Below, piece by piece: positions 30,760-41,395 of a stretch of DNA of 64,000 nucleotides. The DNA lies in the NCBI GenBank assembly GCA_019058245.1, contig JAHPZJ010000013.1, positions 361,166-425,165 of the forward strand, written 5' to 3'. Position 1 is the stretch's first letter; every line of letters begins with the position of its first letter. Both the position numbers and the translations under genes were made by a program. The notes below the pieces were generated by a model. It ran no database searches and had not been told where the DNA came from. It saw only the letters and a list, made by a program, of their open reading frames with translations. This DNA comes from Promethearchaeota archaeon. GTDB taxonomy: Archaea > Asgardarchaeota > Lokiarchaeia > Sigyniarchaeales > SOKP01.

Positions 30760-32040
30760 TTATTTATGCAAATTTTGTGCTGCAATAATATCAATACCAT
30801 TTTCAATAAGTACTTTTGCAGTAGTATTGATAGCATCATATCTATCAAGAAGTCCTTGTCGCATAAACTCCCATTCTCCAGAATCAATTATTTCTTGTTT
30901 ATCTCTAAAATAATCCAGAATATCGGTAGGATATTCCCTTGTTTTTTCTACATCAATATTACCGCCTTCGTGTTTAGCACTAATATTTTTAACCTTTTTA
31001 GCAACTTCAATTAACTCGTTTCTTCGATCATAAGGTTGTCTTACGATGCTTTTCCATGTTTCAATAATATGGTGCTCTAATCTAACAACATCTTCAAAAT
31101 CAAATGCTTTTCTAATATAAGCAGATAATTCAAGGGTTTCATTATTTACTGAATTTGAAAGATTAAATCCTATTAGTGGACTTGAACCATCTTCTCTAGC
31201 AAATAATTTAGCAGTCATCAGAGTCCAGAGGCACGAATAAGGATTGTCATTACCCATATATACTGAAATCTTGAACTCATTATTTATTCCTAGTTTATGA
31301 ATAAAGTATCCAAGTAACACAGTTCCAGGATTAACATTTAGAACTTGCCTAATCCCATAATTAGTATAATAATAAAGAAATTCATCAATCCACTTTAAAG
31401 CAAATTCATTAGGTTGACCAACTCCGCCAAAATATCCAGTAATGGTATCAGATCCTCCTAAATGGATATTCACAGGCATACCATCAGGACCAGGGGTGGT
31501 TCCCTTAGTATCGAGAGTTTCAACATATGTTGCTCCTATTATTTGCATAGCAGCGGTCATTGCTAATAAATCACCATCTTCTTCTTGTTCTTCCATTTTT
31601 CTGACACGAATTATTCTTCCTGGCATTAAATTTTTATCTTTGATCGCTGCTTTAGCCATATCGATAAGGAAGGGAAAATATTGACAAGATGAAAGTTCTA
31701 GAGTTACCGCATGGTCCTTATCAAATTTAATATCCGATGATTTTTCACCTAGTATTTTTTTTTTAAAATCTGACATACTTATAAAAGCATCGTTGTCTCT
31801 GCTTTTAATTAACCAATCTAAATCTCTAATGTATTCAGGTTTTTTATTAGCAAGTCTATTTAATATAATATTTAATTTCCCTGCTTCTTCAGCTTTTTTA
31901 TTAATTTCATCAACTCCACCATATTCTTCGATGATTTTGAGTAAATAATTTATAAGGGGATTCTTCTCATCCAATAAAAATTCATTAATAGTCTGTAAAG
32001 CATTTTCATTAATTTTTAATTTTTCTCTTAAATTTTTCAT
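30760..32040 (-). CDS. Conserved-looking hypothetical enzyme, co-transcribed with the aldolase-Fae gene
   Basis: 426-aa ORF with Gly/His/Asp-rich motifs (VETLDTKGT, NIHLGG.DTITGYFGG.GQPN, SAKHEGG); 27-bp gap containing an AAGGAG SD for the downstream gene. Confidence 0.75.
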   Translation of the reverse strand: MKNLREKLKINENALQTINEFLLDEKNPLINYLLKIIEEYGGVDEINKKAEEAGKLNIILNRLANKKPEYIRDLDWLIKSRDNDAFISMSDFKKKILGEKSSDIKFDKDHAVTLELSSCQYFPFLIDMAKAAIKDKNLMPGRIIRVRKMEEQEEDGDLLAMTAAMQIIGATYVETLDTKGTTPGPDGMPVNIHLGGSDTITGYFGGVGQPNEFALKWIDEFLYYYTNYGIRQVLNVNPGTVLLGYFIHKLGINNEFKISVYMGNDNPYSCLWTLMTAKLFAREDGSSPLIGFNLSNSVNNETLELSAYIRKAFDFEDVVRLEHHIIETWKSIVRQPYDRRNELIEVAKKVKNISAKHEGGNIDVEKTREYPTDILDYFRDKQEIIDSGEWEFMRQGLLDRYDAINTTAKVLIENGIDIIAAQNLHK

Positions 32041-32491
32041 TTTAAGATTTCTCGTTATTTCGTAATTAATTATGAAAGCTTATAAAAACTAGACCCATTG
32101 TACTACTGTGGGTTTATAGAATAAATGAGGTTTTTCATAAATTTAATACTATTTTCTTATTATAATAAATTTTTCTTACTTTATATCAAAATAATAAATT
32201 GTCATCTTAAAATCGGATATTAAAATGTTAAGATAATTTATAATTCCGAATCATTTAGAATATTTATTCCAATAGATAATTATCAGAAATGTGGAAATAA
32301 TTAATCAGATATGGAGCGCTACAATGAGTACTAGGTATATTATTTAATTAATTTGAATTTAAATATTTTTAGAGAAATTAGTTAAAAATCGACCTTTATT
32401 CCATTTTAAATCTTTAATATTATAAGGTTATTAAGGAAAAAATGAAAAAAAATAAATTATTAAATTTTAAATTTTATATTATTTGTTAGTT

Positions 32492-34783
32492 CTATAAGTA
32501 TCTCTTTTTTCTCATCACTATGTAAACAATTCCTAGAAAAGCAATTAATGACGCAGATAAAACGATTCCAACTGAAAATCCTGGAATTGGTTCTGCAGCA
32601 GTAGGAGTATATTTTACTAAATCAAAATGCAATACTAAAATCCAATTCCATGCAGTTTTCCAATTCTTATCTACTGCGCGTCCGGTTAAATCATTTCCTA
32701 AATAGAGCATTGGATATTGATAATTCTGAGTCCAATCTGCCAATTCACTATAATACCTTTGGTTTCCAGTATCGTTTTGGAACCATAGTTTTGCAATCAA
32801 ATCATCACACGTAGCATTGTAACTAAAACCCATATTAGAACCTCCTTTATACGGGAATGCATAGGGATATGAAACCATATTGTAATCTGCTATGAATCTA
32901 GTATAAGGTTGATATGGGAAGGCAGCACCTGTTGGAGTTCGCTCAATAACTCCAGTGCTTTGATAATATGCTTGAAGGAATCCAAGATCACCAATACGGT
33001 TGTGATAAGGTTTAATTGCAAATCCATCACAGGATAATAAAGGAAGTTCCCCAGCTAATATTGCAGGATAAGTACCACCACTAACTGTATCGTCGGTATC
33101 ATCAATGTCACAACCAATATCCGCAAGAGAAGATATCAACACCTGATAAGATTCAACATGGGCTTGATCATAATGATCTTCAAATGTGTAAATAGGATTA
33201 GTACTTGCTACAGTGTTCCAATCCTCTGTTGTGCTAGTGCTATTCAAACTACGATTTGTACAAACTGCTCCCCAGACAGGATCATCTAGTAAGGTTTGTC
33301 GCGCTAACGTGAGGTTTGTATCAGGTAAAGGTACAGAGGGGTCATAATATTCGTGAGTACCTGCCAAACATCCCCCAGAACGCACTACCCGACCATCGTA
33401 TAATGCTAAATATGTGTCGTAATCATAGGCATAAGAAAGCGCTTTTCTAAAGGTCCGATCAACTCCATTTGTTGGCTTTAAACTTCCATTTGCGTACTTA
33501 ATATTAGTGGAGGACAAAATTCCATATGCACTCAAATTTAAGCCTATATCATACCAATAACGTAAATACGTCTCATCAACACAGTTTAAAACGATAACTT
33601 CTCCGTAATTTTCCTGACCCATATCTATATATTTCAAGTTAGAAGCGGTAGCTACATCACTATAAGTTAGTGGTTCCCATGAATGATCATAAGCAAAGTC
33701 AATATCACCTGTCACCAATGCAGTTGTCCTTGCATTATATCCTGATGTATCATGACTAAACGTAACTACTGCCACCTTTGGAAGCATATGCCACCCTCTA
33801 GCCTGTTGAGCTGAAGCGTTCCACCAATTATCATATCTTGTCATAGTACCTGAATCTAATGTGAAATTATCATACATATAGGGACCTGTACCAATTAAAT
33901 GTCCAGGGAAAGGAGATGATGCGTTATTTTGGGGAAATGCTGGAACATCTCCATATCCCATGATTGGAACATCAAAATAGTCCTTATAAGCATCCATGGA
34001 GATAAATTTTACCCACGCACCCCCTAAATATTCTGGACCGGTACCCCAATCATTAAAGTATACTCTAACTGTTCCTCCTGATTGCTGATTATCCAGTATG
34101 GTTATATTTGTGAATCGAGGGAATCTATTATAACCATATGGGACATCATATAGACTAGAATATCCAAATCCAGGATACACATTAAGATATCCATATGTAT
34201 AAGGACCAGGACCATATAGTTTAGAAACATTCCATGACGCAGTAGCATAAGGAGCCCAATCCTTAACACTCATCCAAAAAATTGGTCGATTATTAGACAC
34301 AGCGGAATCAACTGAACTACCTAGACAAAAATTGATACTTCCCAATGTATACATGAGCCTATCAAGATTCCATTTGCAAACTGTGGCGTTCCAATCTGAG
34401 CCATCCTGAAACGTAACGTTTTCTCGAAGAGTGAGATCCATATAATCAACTCCATCATAATTCATAAAACCTTGAGCGTTCATTTCATTTGGTCGGGAAT
34501 GTATTGTCCAATTGGTTGCAAGTAGTGGTACTAAATTAGCATAATCTCCGTTTTCCGCACCATATGGTAATTCAAATAATCCTTCAAGAGAATTATACCT
34601 GAAATAATCGCCAGTAGTAGCTGCAAAATTTATACCGTCCCAATTACCTATGGGGGCAGGTCCGCAAGCTCCTACAGTAAAAGTGGGTATCGTAGTTTGA
34701 GCTTTGACACTAAAAGGTATAATTGGTAATAACATAGAAATAATAAATAGAGCAAAAATTAAAGTTTTTGACCATTTTCTCAT
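32492..34783 (-). CDS. ABC substrate-binding protein, family 5 (peptide/nickel type), with IPGF C-terminal sorting signal
   Basis: Signal peptide; PLLATNW; LRENVTFQDGSDWNATVCKWN; GTGPY; FRKALSYAYDY; more than a dozen NxS/T sequons; ends IPGF-TM-RKKR. Confidence 0.88.
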   Translation of the reverse strand: MRKWSKTLIFALFIISMLLPIIPFSVKAQTTIPTFTVGACGPAPIGNWDGINFAATTGDYFRYNSLEGLFELPYGAENGDYANLVPLLATNWTIHSRPNEMNAQGFMNYDGVDYMDLTLRENVTFQDGSDWNATVCKWNLDRLMYTLGSINFCLGSSVDSAVSNNRPIFWMSVKDWAPYATASWNVSKLYGPGPYTYGYLNVYPGFGYSSLYDVPYGYNRFPRFTNITILDNQQSGGTVRVYFNDWGTGPEYLGGAWVKFISMDAYKDYFDVPIMGYGDVPAFPQNNASSPFPGHLIGTGPYMYDNFTLDSGTMTRYDNWWNASAQQARGWHMLPKVAVVTFSHDTSGYNARTTALVTGDIDFAYDHSWEPLTYSDVATASNLKYIDMGQENYGEVIVLNCVDETYLRYWYDIGLNLSAYGILSSTNIKYANGSLKPTNGVDRTFRKALSYAYDYDTYLALYDGRVVRSGGCLAGTHEYYDPSVPLPDTNLTLARQTLLDDPVWGAVCTNRSLNSTSTTEDWNTVASTNPIYTFEDHYDQAHVESYQVLISSLADIGCDIDDTDDTVSGGTYPAILAGELPLLSCDGFAIKPYHNRIGDLGFLQAYYQSTGVIERTPTGAAFPYQPYTRFIADYNMVSYPYAFPYKGGSNMGFSYNATCDDLIAKLWFQNDTGNQRYYSELADWTQNYQYPMLYLGNDLTGRAVDKNWKTAWNWILVLHFDLVKYTPTAAEPIPGFSVGIVLSASLIAFLGIVYIVMRKKRYL

Positions 34784-34969
34784 TCTAACGATTCGCCTTA
34801 TTTTTCTTTAAATTAATTTTTAATTTTTTTGTAAAATTTTTGTAACAAATAAATTTACGATGTAAATTTATTTAAAGGTTGTGTAATTATAAATTTAAAC
34901 ATTTGTGAAACTTATAACAAATATTAATTTTTAAGTTAAATTTAATGTCATAAAATCCGATTTTGGATA

Positions 34970-35506
34970 ATGTTGCTAGACGAGGAAAATCAAAGTAAAA
35001 GAGTTAATAACAAGAAAGGCAATATAAAGATCGATCTTGGGCGCCAAGGTGGTATTTTTATTGCTTACACGATTATATTACTAGGATATTATGGAATTGT
35101 TGCTAACATCATTATGATTGATGAGTGGATCTCTTTTACTGAACAAACTTGGATAAGTTTTACTGAAATGGACAGAACGGTATTATTTTGGACATTTGAA
35201 GTGTATGTAGATACGTTTTTCTTGCCCGTAATATTATTATTTGTTACTTGCTTTTTATTAACATATAAGGAGGAAATTCCTCACTATGGAATAAAAGCGT
35301 CAATCTGGCTTGTTCCTTTTATAATTATCGAAGCCTTTATTTTATATGCGGTCATGTATGGGTTTAGCATAGAGCCAATTATATTACAATTTGGAAATTG
35401 GAAGGGTTATTTGCATATTTGTATCTTAATTGCAACCACACTCTCTGGTGCTATAGGTGGTATGAAAGTCAAACAATTAATTAAATCAAGAAGAAATATA
35501 GAATAG
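34970..35506 (+). CDS. Small ~4-TM membrane protein heading the ABC operon
   Basis: Four hydrophobic segments; 42 bp from the next gene. Confidence 0.7.
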   Translation: MLLDEENQSKRVNNKKGNIKIDLGRQGGIFIAYTIILLGYYGIVANIIMIDEWISFTEQTWISFTEMDRTVLFWTFEVYVDTFFLPVILLFVTCFLLTYKEEIPHYGIKASIWLVPFIIIEAFILYAVMYGFSIEPIILQFGNWKGYLHICILIATTLSGAIGGMKVKQLIKSRRNIE

Positions 35507-35548
35507 GAGAATTAAAAAGATATTATCGGTAGAAAAAAGGGAAAAAAC

Positions 35549-36826
35549 ATGGCTAAACAACCAAAAAATATGATAAAATATATCATAAAGAGGATATTAA
35601 TAATGTTTCCAATGTTGTTATTAGTTCTAACTCTTTCTTGGATAATATCATATTTTATGGTACAACAAAATTTAGTTAACCCGGTTGCCGGTAGATTGGG
35701 TAATACACTCGATCCTGATATTATTGAGGCAGAATTACGGAGAATTAGATACTATGATCCTTGGTATATTCAACTCGCTATATATTTTAAGAATTTTTTT
35801 ACTGGAAATTGGGGTACTTCTTATGTAATCATACGGGATAAACCTGTAATAGATTTAATTTCGGAAATATTTCCAAGGACAATAGAATTGATGATGATCC
35901 CGATAATCTTAAGTCCTATTATCGCAGTTAAACTGGGAATAGCTTCTGCAACTCATAGGGATAAAATAAAAGATGTAGGAGTTAGAATTATTGCAATCTT
36001 AGGGGCAGGATTCCCTGTCTTTTGGATTGCTGACATGCTCCAACGCTTTTTTGGTTATTATTTGAGTAATTTTACATATCAGGGCATCGATATACCGGCT
36101 TTTTTCGCAAATTCACCTGGATTACAAGGTCCTCAGGTAATTAAAACTCCACCTTTAATTACCATAAGTTTTTTTGGTGCTATAATTTTAGCCATTATTG
36201 CCATCCTTCTAATTTATAAACAATATACTAAATTTAAACAATATAATAAGTTCAAGCACATTGGTTGGATACTAGGATCACTTGTTATATTGATTATTTG
36301 TATAATCCGAATTTGTTTCCTAGCAGTGATTTCAAATATAAATTCTTATGGTACAGGATTTCGAATAATCGATAGTATAATGACTAATAACCAAATTTAT
36401 TTGTGGGACACAATATCACACCTAATTATACCTGGTATTTGTTTAACTTTTGTTTCATTAGCAAGTATGACAAGACAAACGCGTTCCAGCATGTTGGACG
36501 TTTTAAATCAAGATTATATTAGAACTGCTCGAGCTAAAGGTGTATTAGAAAAAGATGTTATAAATAAACATGCTATCCGCAACGCACTGTTACCAGTCAG
36601 TAATCTAATCATTGGGGGTACAGCTACAGCATTATTAGGCTCTTTTTTCGTCGAAATTGTCTTTAATTATAAAGGATTTGGTTATTATATGGTTATATCT
36701 ATATTAGTAGGAGATTACCAAGTTACTCTCGGACTCCTAGTATTTGCTACCATAATAATCATTTCTGGGACTTTAGTAGCAGATATACTTTATACGATTA
36801 TAGATCCACGAATTACTTACACTTAA
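35549..36826 (+). CDS. dppB: Peptide ABC permease, DppB/OppB-like
   Basis: KYIIKRIL; GNWGTS; PRTIEL; TRSSMLDVLNQDYIRTARAKG; ADILYTIIDPRI. Confidence 0.9.
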   Translation: MAKQPKNMIKYIIKRILIMFPMLLLVLTLSWIISYFMVQQNLVNPVAGRLGNTLDPDIIEAELRRIRYYDPWYIQLAIYFKNFFTGNWGTSYVIIRDKPVIDLISEIFPRTIELMMIPIILSPIIAVKLGIASATHRDKIKDVGVRIIAILGAGFPVFWIADMLQRFFGYYLSNFTYQGIDIPAFFANSPGLQGPQVIKTPPLITISFFGAIILAIIAILLIYKQYTKFKQYNKFKHIGWILGSLVILIICIIRICFLAVISNINSYGTGFRIIDSIMTNNQIYLWDTISHLIIPGICLTFVSLASMTRQTRSSMLDVLNQDYIRTARAKGVLEKDVINKHAIRNALLPVSNLIIGGTATALLGSFFVEIVFNYKGFGYYMVISILVGDYQVTLGLLVFATIIIISGTLVADILYTIIDPRITYT

Positions 36827-36837
36827 ATAATGGTAGG

Positions 36838-37848
36838 GTGAAGAAAATTATAGAAAAAGTTATAGAAAAAAAATATGTAGAAGAGCAGATTTCATCGAAA
36901 TCATTAAGAAAAATGAAATTTCTTCGCTTCTTAAAGTTTTATTTAATTCCCGGTTGGCGAGACCCTGAATTTTCGGCGCAAGAATATGATATTGAAAAAA
37001 TAAAATCTAAAAGGAGATTGTTTCGACACCTTGTTAAACCTCTAACAATAATAGGACTGCTGATGATCTTATTTATTTCAGTATTAGCAATATTTGCACC
37101 TTGGCTTACCATATATCCACTACAAGAGCTAGTAGTACCAAATGTTCCACCTAATCCAGAGGTTTTTGCTCCTCCATCAGCTGATCATCCATTTGGGACA
37201 ACATATAACGGATATGATGTTTTAGCTAGAATTATTTGGGGAGCCAGAACTACAATTTTATCGTCGTTAATACCTTCAATAATATCCATTGGTGGAGGCC
37301 TTGTTTTAGGCATTTTTTCTGCTTATTTCGGTGGGGTTATTGACTATCTCATAATGCGCTTTGTAGACTTATTCTATGCTTTTCCAACACTGATACTTAT
37401 TATTATAGTTACTCCTCTGCTTGGTACTGATTTATTAACCACTCTTATTATTTACGGACTTCTTTTTATACCATATAATATTAGATTCATGCGATCACTT
37501 GTTTTCCAAGTAAAACAACTTGAATACATTCAAGCAGCGAAAGTAGGTGGTGCCCAAAAGTTTAATGTTATGTTTAAACATATATTACCAAATGCAATAT
37601 CCCCTATGTTAGTACTTTTTTTTGGAGGAGCTGCTATCGCAATAATAGGTTTAGCAGGTCTTGCATTTGTAGGATTTTCAGATAATACTGTAGCCAGTTG
37701 GGGTCTTGATATTTTATGGGCTCGAGGTAGGTATAGTAATATCAGTGCTGCTGTTTGGCCAGGATTATTTATTGGAATTGCTGCCATAGGATATATACTC
37801 GTTGGAGATGGATTTCGAGATGCATTAGATCCACGATTAAAATTATAA
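36838..37848 (+). CDS. dppC: Peptide ABC permease, DppC/OppC-like
   Basis: PPSADHPFGT..GYDVLARIIWGAR; EYIQAA..GA; KHILPN; GDGFRDALDPR. Confidence 0.9.
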   Translation: MKKIIEKVIEKKYVEEQISSKSLRKMKFLRFLKFYLIPGWRDPEFSAQEYDIEKIKSKRRLFRHLVKPLTIIGLLMILFISVLAIFAPWLTIYPLQELVVPNVPPNPEVFAPPSADHPFGTTYNGYDVLARIIWGARTTILSSLIPSIISIGGGLVLGIFSAYFGGVIDYLIMRFVDLFYAFPTLILIIIVTPLLGTDLLTTLIIYGLLFIPYNIRFMRSLVFQVKQLEYIQAAKVGGAQKFNVMFKHILPNAISPMLVLFFGGAAIAIIGLAGLAFVGFSDNTVASWGLDILWARGRYSNISAAVWPGLFIGIAAIGYILVGDGFRDALDPRLKL

Positions 37849-37888
37849 AAAAGAGGGATAAAAAGTTTTAAATACTATATATCAAACT

Positions 37889-39766
37889 GTGTTTGGATTA
37901 AATTACGGAAATGCATTAGTTGACTCAATTATTATTGTATTAGTTTTATATTTAATTTCAAACATTGTCAATAGTCAAATTCCTGAGGATCAGCAACTCT
38001 CAAAGAAATTATTTAGGAGAAGTTCAGGAAAAATTTGTATTATTTTATTAGGCATTATCTTTGGCGTTAAATCTCTTTTTGAAACTTTATGGCTTTTCAA
38101 TTCCATATTTTTAGTTTTCAATAATAATGCTGTATCATTCGCTATTATAAGTACAATCTTTTATTTTCTATATAGGAAATTAGAAGAAAAGGATAGTCAA
38201 TTTATTAAAATATTTAAAATTTTTGTTGTAATAACTTGGATAATTGCGATAATTTTTATTTCAATTCCTCTCTTAGGTCTTGAAAGACTTCAAGGGGAAG
38301 AACCAGTACTTATTGACATTTTTTACCTTGGATTTATATTTGCCGGTTTTACAGTTGCGGGGGATATTCTTATCACAATTCTAATTAATAATATTCGTTC
38401 AATTGAGAAGCGAATTCCTAAATTACCTTTAAAGTATTCCATGTTTACTGGTGGACTTATCTCATTTGGAATTTGGTCTATACAATTAATAATCGTTGAA
38501 TTATATTTGAATAGATTATTTGGAGTAATAATATATACTCAAGATATTCGTATATTAATTGGTGTAGTTAGTGGTCTTTATGGTTTCATATGCTATATTT
38601 CGTTGAAAAAGAAATTTATGCCAATTGAAAAGGAAAAAAGTAAGTTAAAAGTTCAAAAAGCATTAGAAATAGTGAAAGATCAATCTTTTAAAGTATCTAA
38701 ATTAAGTAGCAATCACATTATACTTGATGTGAAGGACCTCACTACATACTTTTATACAGAAGAGGGTGTTGTTCGTGCAGTAGAAAATGTTTCTTTTAGA
38801 GTGTACGAAGGTGAAGTTCTTGGTCTTGTAGGTGAAACTGGTTGTGGTAAATCTGTTACTGCATTATCTATTGTTCAACTAATTCGCCCTCCAGGAAAAA
38901 GAGAAACAGGAAAAATTGTTTTCAGTGGAGAAGATCTAGCTTTAAAGTCTGAATTTGAAATACTAAAATATCGTGGAAAGGATATAACTATGATATTTCA
39001 AGATCCACTTAGTTCGCTTAACCCAGTTTTTAAGGTAGGTAAACAAATATCTGAAGTATTTTTATTGCATATGGAAAATGAACTACTTGTCGAAACTACT
39101 AAATTTCCTAATAAAGGTTTATATAGTATTGCTCGAGAATGGAGTATTGCCCTTTTAAAAGATTTAAATATACCATTTCCTGAAATAATTTTTGATAGAT
39201 ACCCTCATGAACTAAGTGGTGGTATGCGACAAAGAGTTCAAATTGCGATGGCATTGGCATGTAGACCTAAATTACTAATTGCTGATGAACCAACTACTGC
39301 GTTAGATGTTACTATACAAAATCAAATTCTTAAACTTATGAAAGAACTTCGTAAGAAATATAATACTAGTATATTATATATCACTCACGATTTAGGCCTT
39401 ATCTCTAAAATGTGTGATCGTGTTGCTGTAATGTATAGTGGATCTATTGTTGAATATGGAGATATAAAGAAATTATTAATTAACCCATATCATCCATATA
39501 CCCGAGGACTTATAGCTTCTGTTCCTGTTATTGGAAAAAGTCAAAAACGGCTTGAAGTGATATCAGGAATGGTTCCAAATCTAATTTATCCACCTTCAGG
39601 ATGTAGATTTCATCCTAGATGCAAATATTGTTTCGAACCTTGTAATTCAATAGTTCCAAAACAAAATAAGGTTGATGAGGATTATTTTGTGGCATGTCAT
39701 CTATACAATCCAGAATATAAACATTTAGCAGAAATTGTTATAGAAAAAGTAGAAGGAGAAATTTAA
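37889..39766 (+). CDS. dppD: Peptide ABC ATPase, DppD-like, with an N-terminal ~270-aa multi-pass membrane domain
   Basis: GETGCGKS; YPHELSGGMRQR; IADEPTTALD; PSGCRFHPRC; about 7 hydrophobic segments before the NBD. Confidence 0.85.
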   Translation: MFGLNYGNALVDSIIIVLVLYLISNIVNSQIPEDQQLSKKLFRRSSGKICIILLGIIFGVKSLFETLWLFNSIFLVFNNNAVSFAIISTIFYFLYRKLEEKDSQFIKIFKIFVVITWIIAIIFISIPLLGLERLQGEEPVLIDIFYLGFIFAGFTVAGDILITILINNIRSIEKRIPKLPLKYSMFTGGLISFGIWSIQLIIVELYLNRLFGVIIYTQDIRILIGVVSGLYGFICYISLKKKFMPIEKEKSKLKVQKALEIVKDQSFKVSKLSSNHIILDVKDLTTYFYTEEGVVRAVENVSFRVYEGEVLGLVGETGCGKSVTALSIVQLIRPPGKRETGKIVFSGEDLALKSEFEILKYRGKDITMIFQDPLSSLNPVFKVGKQISEVFLLHMENELLVETTKFPNKGLYSIAREWSIALLKDLNIPFPEIIFDRYPHELSGGMRQRVQIAMALACRPKLLIADEPTTALDVTIQNQILKLMKELRKKYNTSILYITHDLGLISKMCDRVAVMYSGSIVEYGDIKKLLINPYHPYTRGLIASVPVIGKSQKRLEVISGMVPNLIYPPSGCRFHPRCKYCFEPCNSIVPKQNKVDEDYFVACHLYNPEYKHLAEIVIEKVEGEI

Positions 39767-39863
39767 TTAAAACTATTTAAGTAAATGAAATTTGAGGTTG
39801 TATCATTATCTTGGCATTCTTAATAAAAATTAGCGAATATAAATATAAAGTTGAGGAGATCTT

Positions 39864-41219
39864 ATGATTTTTCAATTTATTAGATTTTCAACCATTTTAA
39901 GATTAGCGTTAGTTATACCCATTGTAGCTCTTTTTTGTTTAGCTTTTGTTATTTCTTTTTTTATCATAAATTGGGATCCTCGATCCCAATTAATTAGAAG
40001 AAGATTCCCTCTATATATAATTTCATCACTTATTTGTATTATTTTTAGCTTTATTCCTCTACCAGAAATTATAGTAGGTAACTTTTGGTTATTTTTTATT
40101 GCATACTGTTTAATAGCAGTGATTACTAGTTTTGCTATTAAGTATATTACATTTAAAGTAGTTAGGGTCGAAAAATTTTATCAAATTAGTGATCTTGAAA
40201 GAAATAAGAATCTGCTTGAAGTTAAAAATCTTAAAGTACATTATCCACTTATAGGAGGATTTTTAAAAAGAAAAATAGGTGCTGTTAAAGCAGTTGATGG
40301 AGTTTCATTTGATATAAAGTTTGGTGAAACCCTTGGATTAGTGGGAGAAAGTGGATGTGGAAAAACAACTATTGCAAAAGTGTTACTCGGTTTAGTTGAA
40401 AAAACAGAAGGAGAAATGCTTTTCCAAGATATGGCAATTCCTCCCAATTATTCATGTTATTTAAGACAAAAAATTCAAATGATTTTCCAAGATCCAGATG
40501 CTTCCTTAAACCCTCGTAAAAAAATCGTTGATATTATAGCGGATCCTCTCAAAAATTTGCTTGGCATAACTAATGAAATAGAAATAAGAAGAAGGGTTTT
40601 AGATTTGTTAACCCAAGTGTCATTAAAGCGAGAACATATGGATCGTTATCCTCACGAATTTTCAGGTGGACAAAAGCAAAGAATTGTTATAGCTAGAGCG
40701 TTAGCTTGCAATCCAGCGTTGATAATATTGGATGAACCCACTTCTGCACTTGATGTATCAGTTCAAGCACAAATTCTTAACCTTCTTAAAGATTTACAAG
40801 AAAAATATGGCTATGGATTTTTGTTTATTACCCACAATTTAGCTGTTGTCTCCCATGTTGCTGATCGCGTAGCTGTTATGTATCTTGGTAAATTTGTAGA
40901 GGTTGGAAGTAAGGAACAAATTTTTTCAAATCCAACTCATCCCTATACTCGAGCGCTCCTTGCCTCACGTTCTGAAATAGATCCTTACAATCAAGAAATC
41001 AAATTTGTTATAAAAGGTGAAGTCCCAAGCCCTATAGCACCGCCACCTGGTTGTACTTATAATCCACGCTGTTCTTCTGAGTTTCGTACAAAAGAGTGTG
41101 AAATTGAATTGCCTCATAAGATTAAGATTGAAGATGACCACTTTATTTGGTGTGTAAATCCTCCTAAATCAATGCAATCAACAATTCAAAAATCTGAAGA
41201 GAGTTTATCTGCTAAATAG
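39864..41219 (+). CDS. dppF: Peptide ABC ATPase, DppF-like, with an N-terminal ~3-TM domain
   Basis: VKAVDGVSF; GESGCGKT; YPHEFSGGQKQR; DEPTSALDVSVQAQ; GEVPSP; hydrophobic first ~100 aa. Confidence 0.85.
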   Translation: MIFQFIRFSTILRLALVIPIVALFCLAFVISFFIINWDPRSQLIRRRFPLYIISSLICIIFSFIPLPEIIVGNFWLFFIAYCLIAVITSFAIKYITFKVVRVEKFYQISDLERNKNLLEVKNLKVHYPLIGGFLKRKIGAVKAVDGVSFDIKFGETLGLVGESGCGKTTIAKVLLGLVEKTEGEMLFQDMAIPPNYSCYLRQKIQMIFQDPDASLNPRKKIVDIIADPLKNLLGITNEIEIRRRVLDLLTQVSLKREHMDRYPHEFSGGQKQRIVIARALACNPALIILDEPTSALDVSVQAQILNLLKDLQEKYGYGFLFITHNLAVVSHVADRVAVMYLGKFVEVGSKEQIFSNPTHPYTRALLASRSEIDPYNQEIKFVIKGEVPSPIAPPPGCTYNPRCSSEFRTKECEIELPHKIKIEDDHFIWCVNPPKSMQSTIQKSEESLSAK

Positions 41220-41395
41220 TTTTTTATATTTTTGAACTTATTTTAATTCTATAACTTAGAATCTATGAAGAATCATAGATAAGATGAGAGAAGTAATATT
41301 TTTTCATCCTTATAAATAGATTATTCAATAAATAATATGTCATACCAGAATATTCAAGCAAAAGTTTTAAATATACGATGATGATTTAATAACGT

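Noticed and set aside
34903-34920. Rex-like box TTGTGAA-ACTT-ATAACAA before the ABC operon
   Set aside because: Two mismatches in very AT-rich DNA, and Rex is a bacterial regulator; not enough support.
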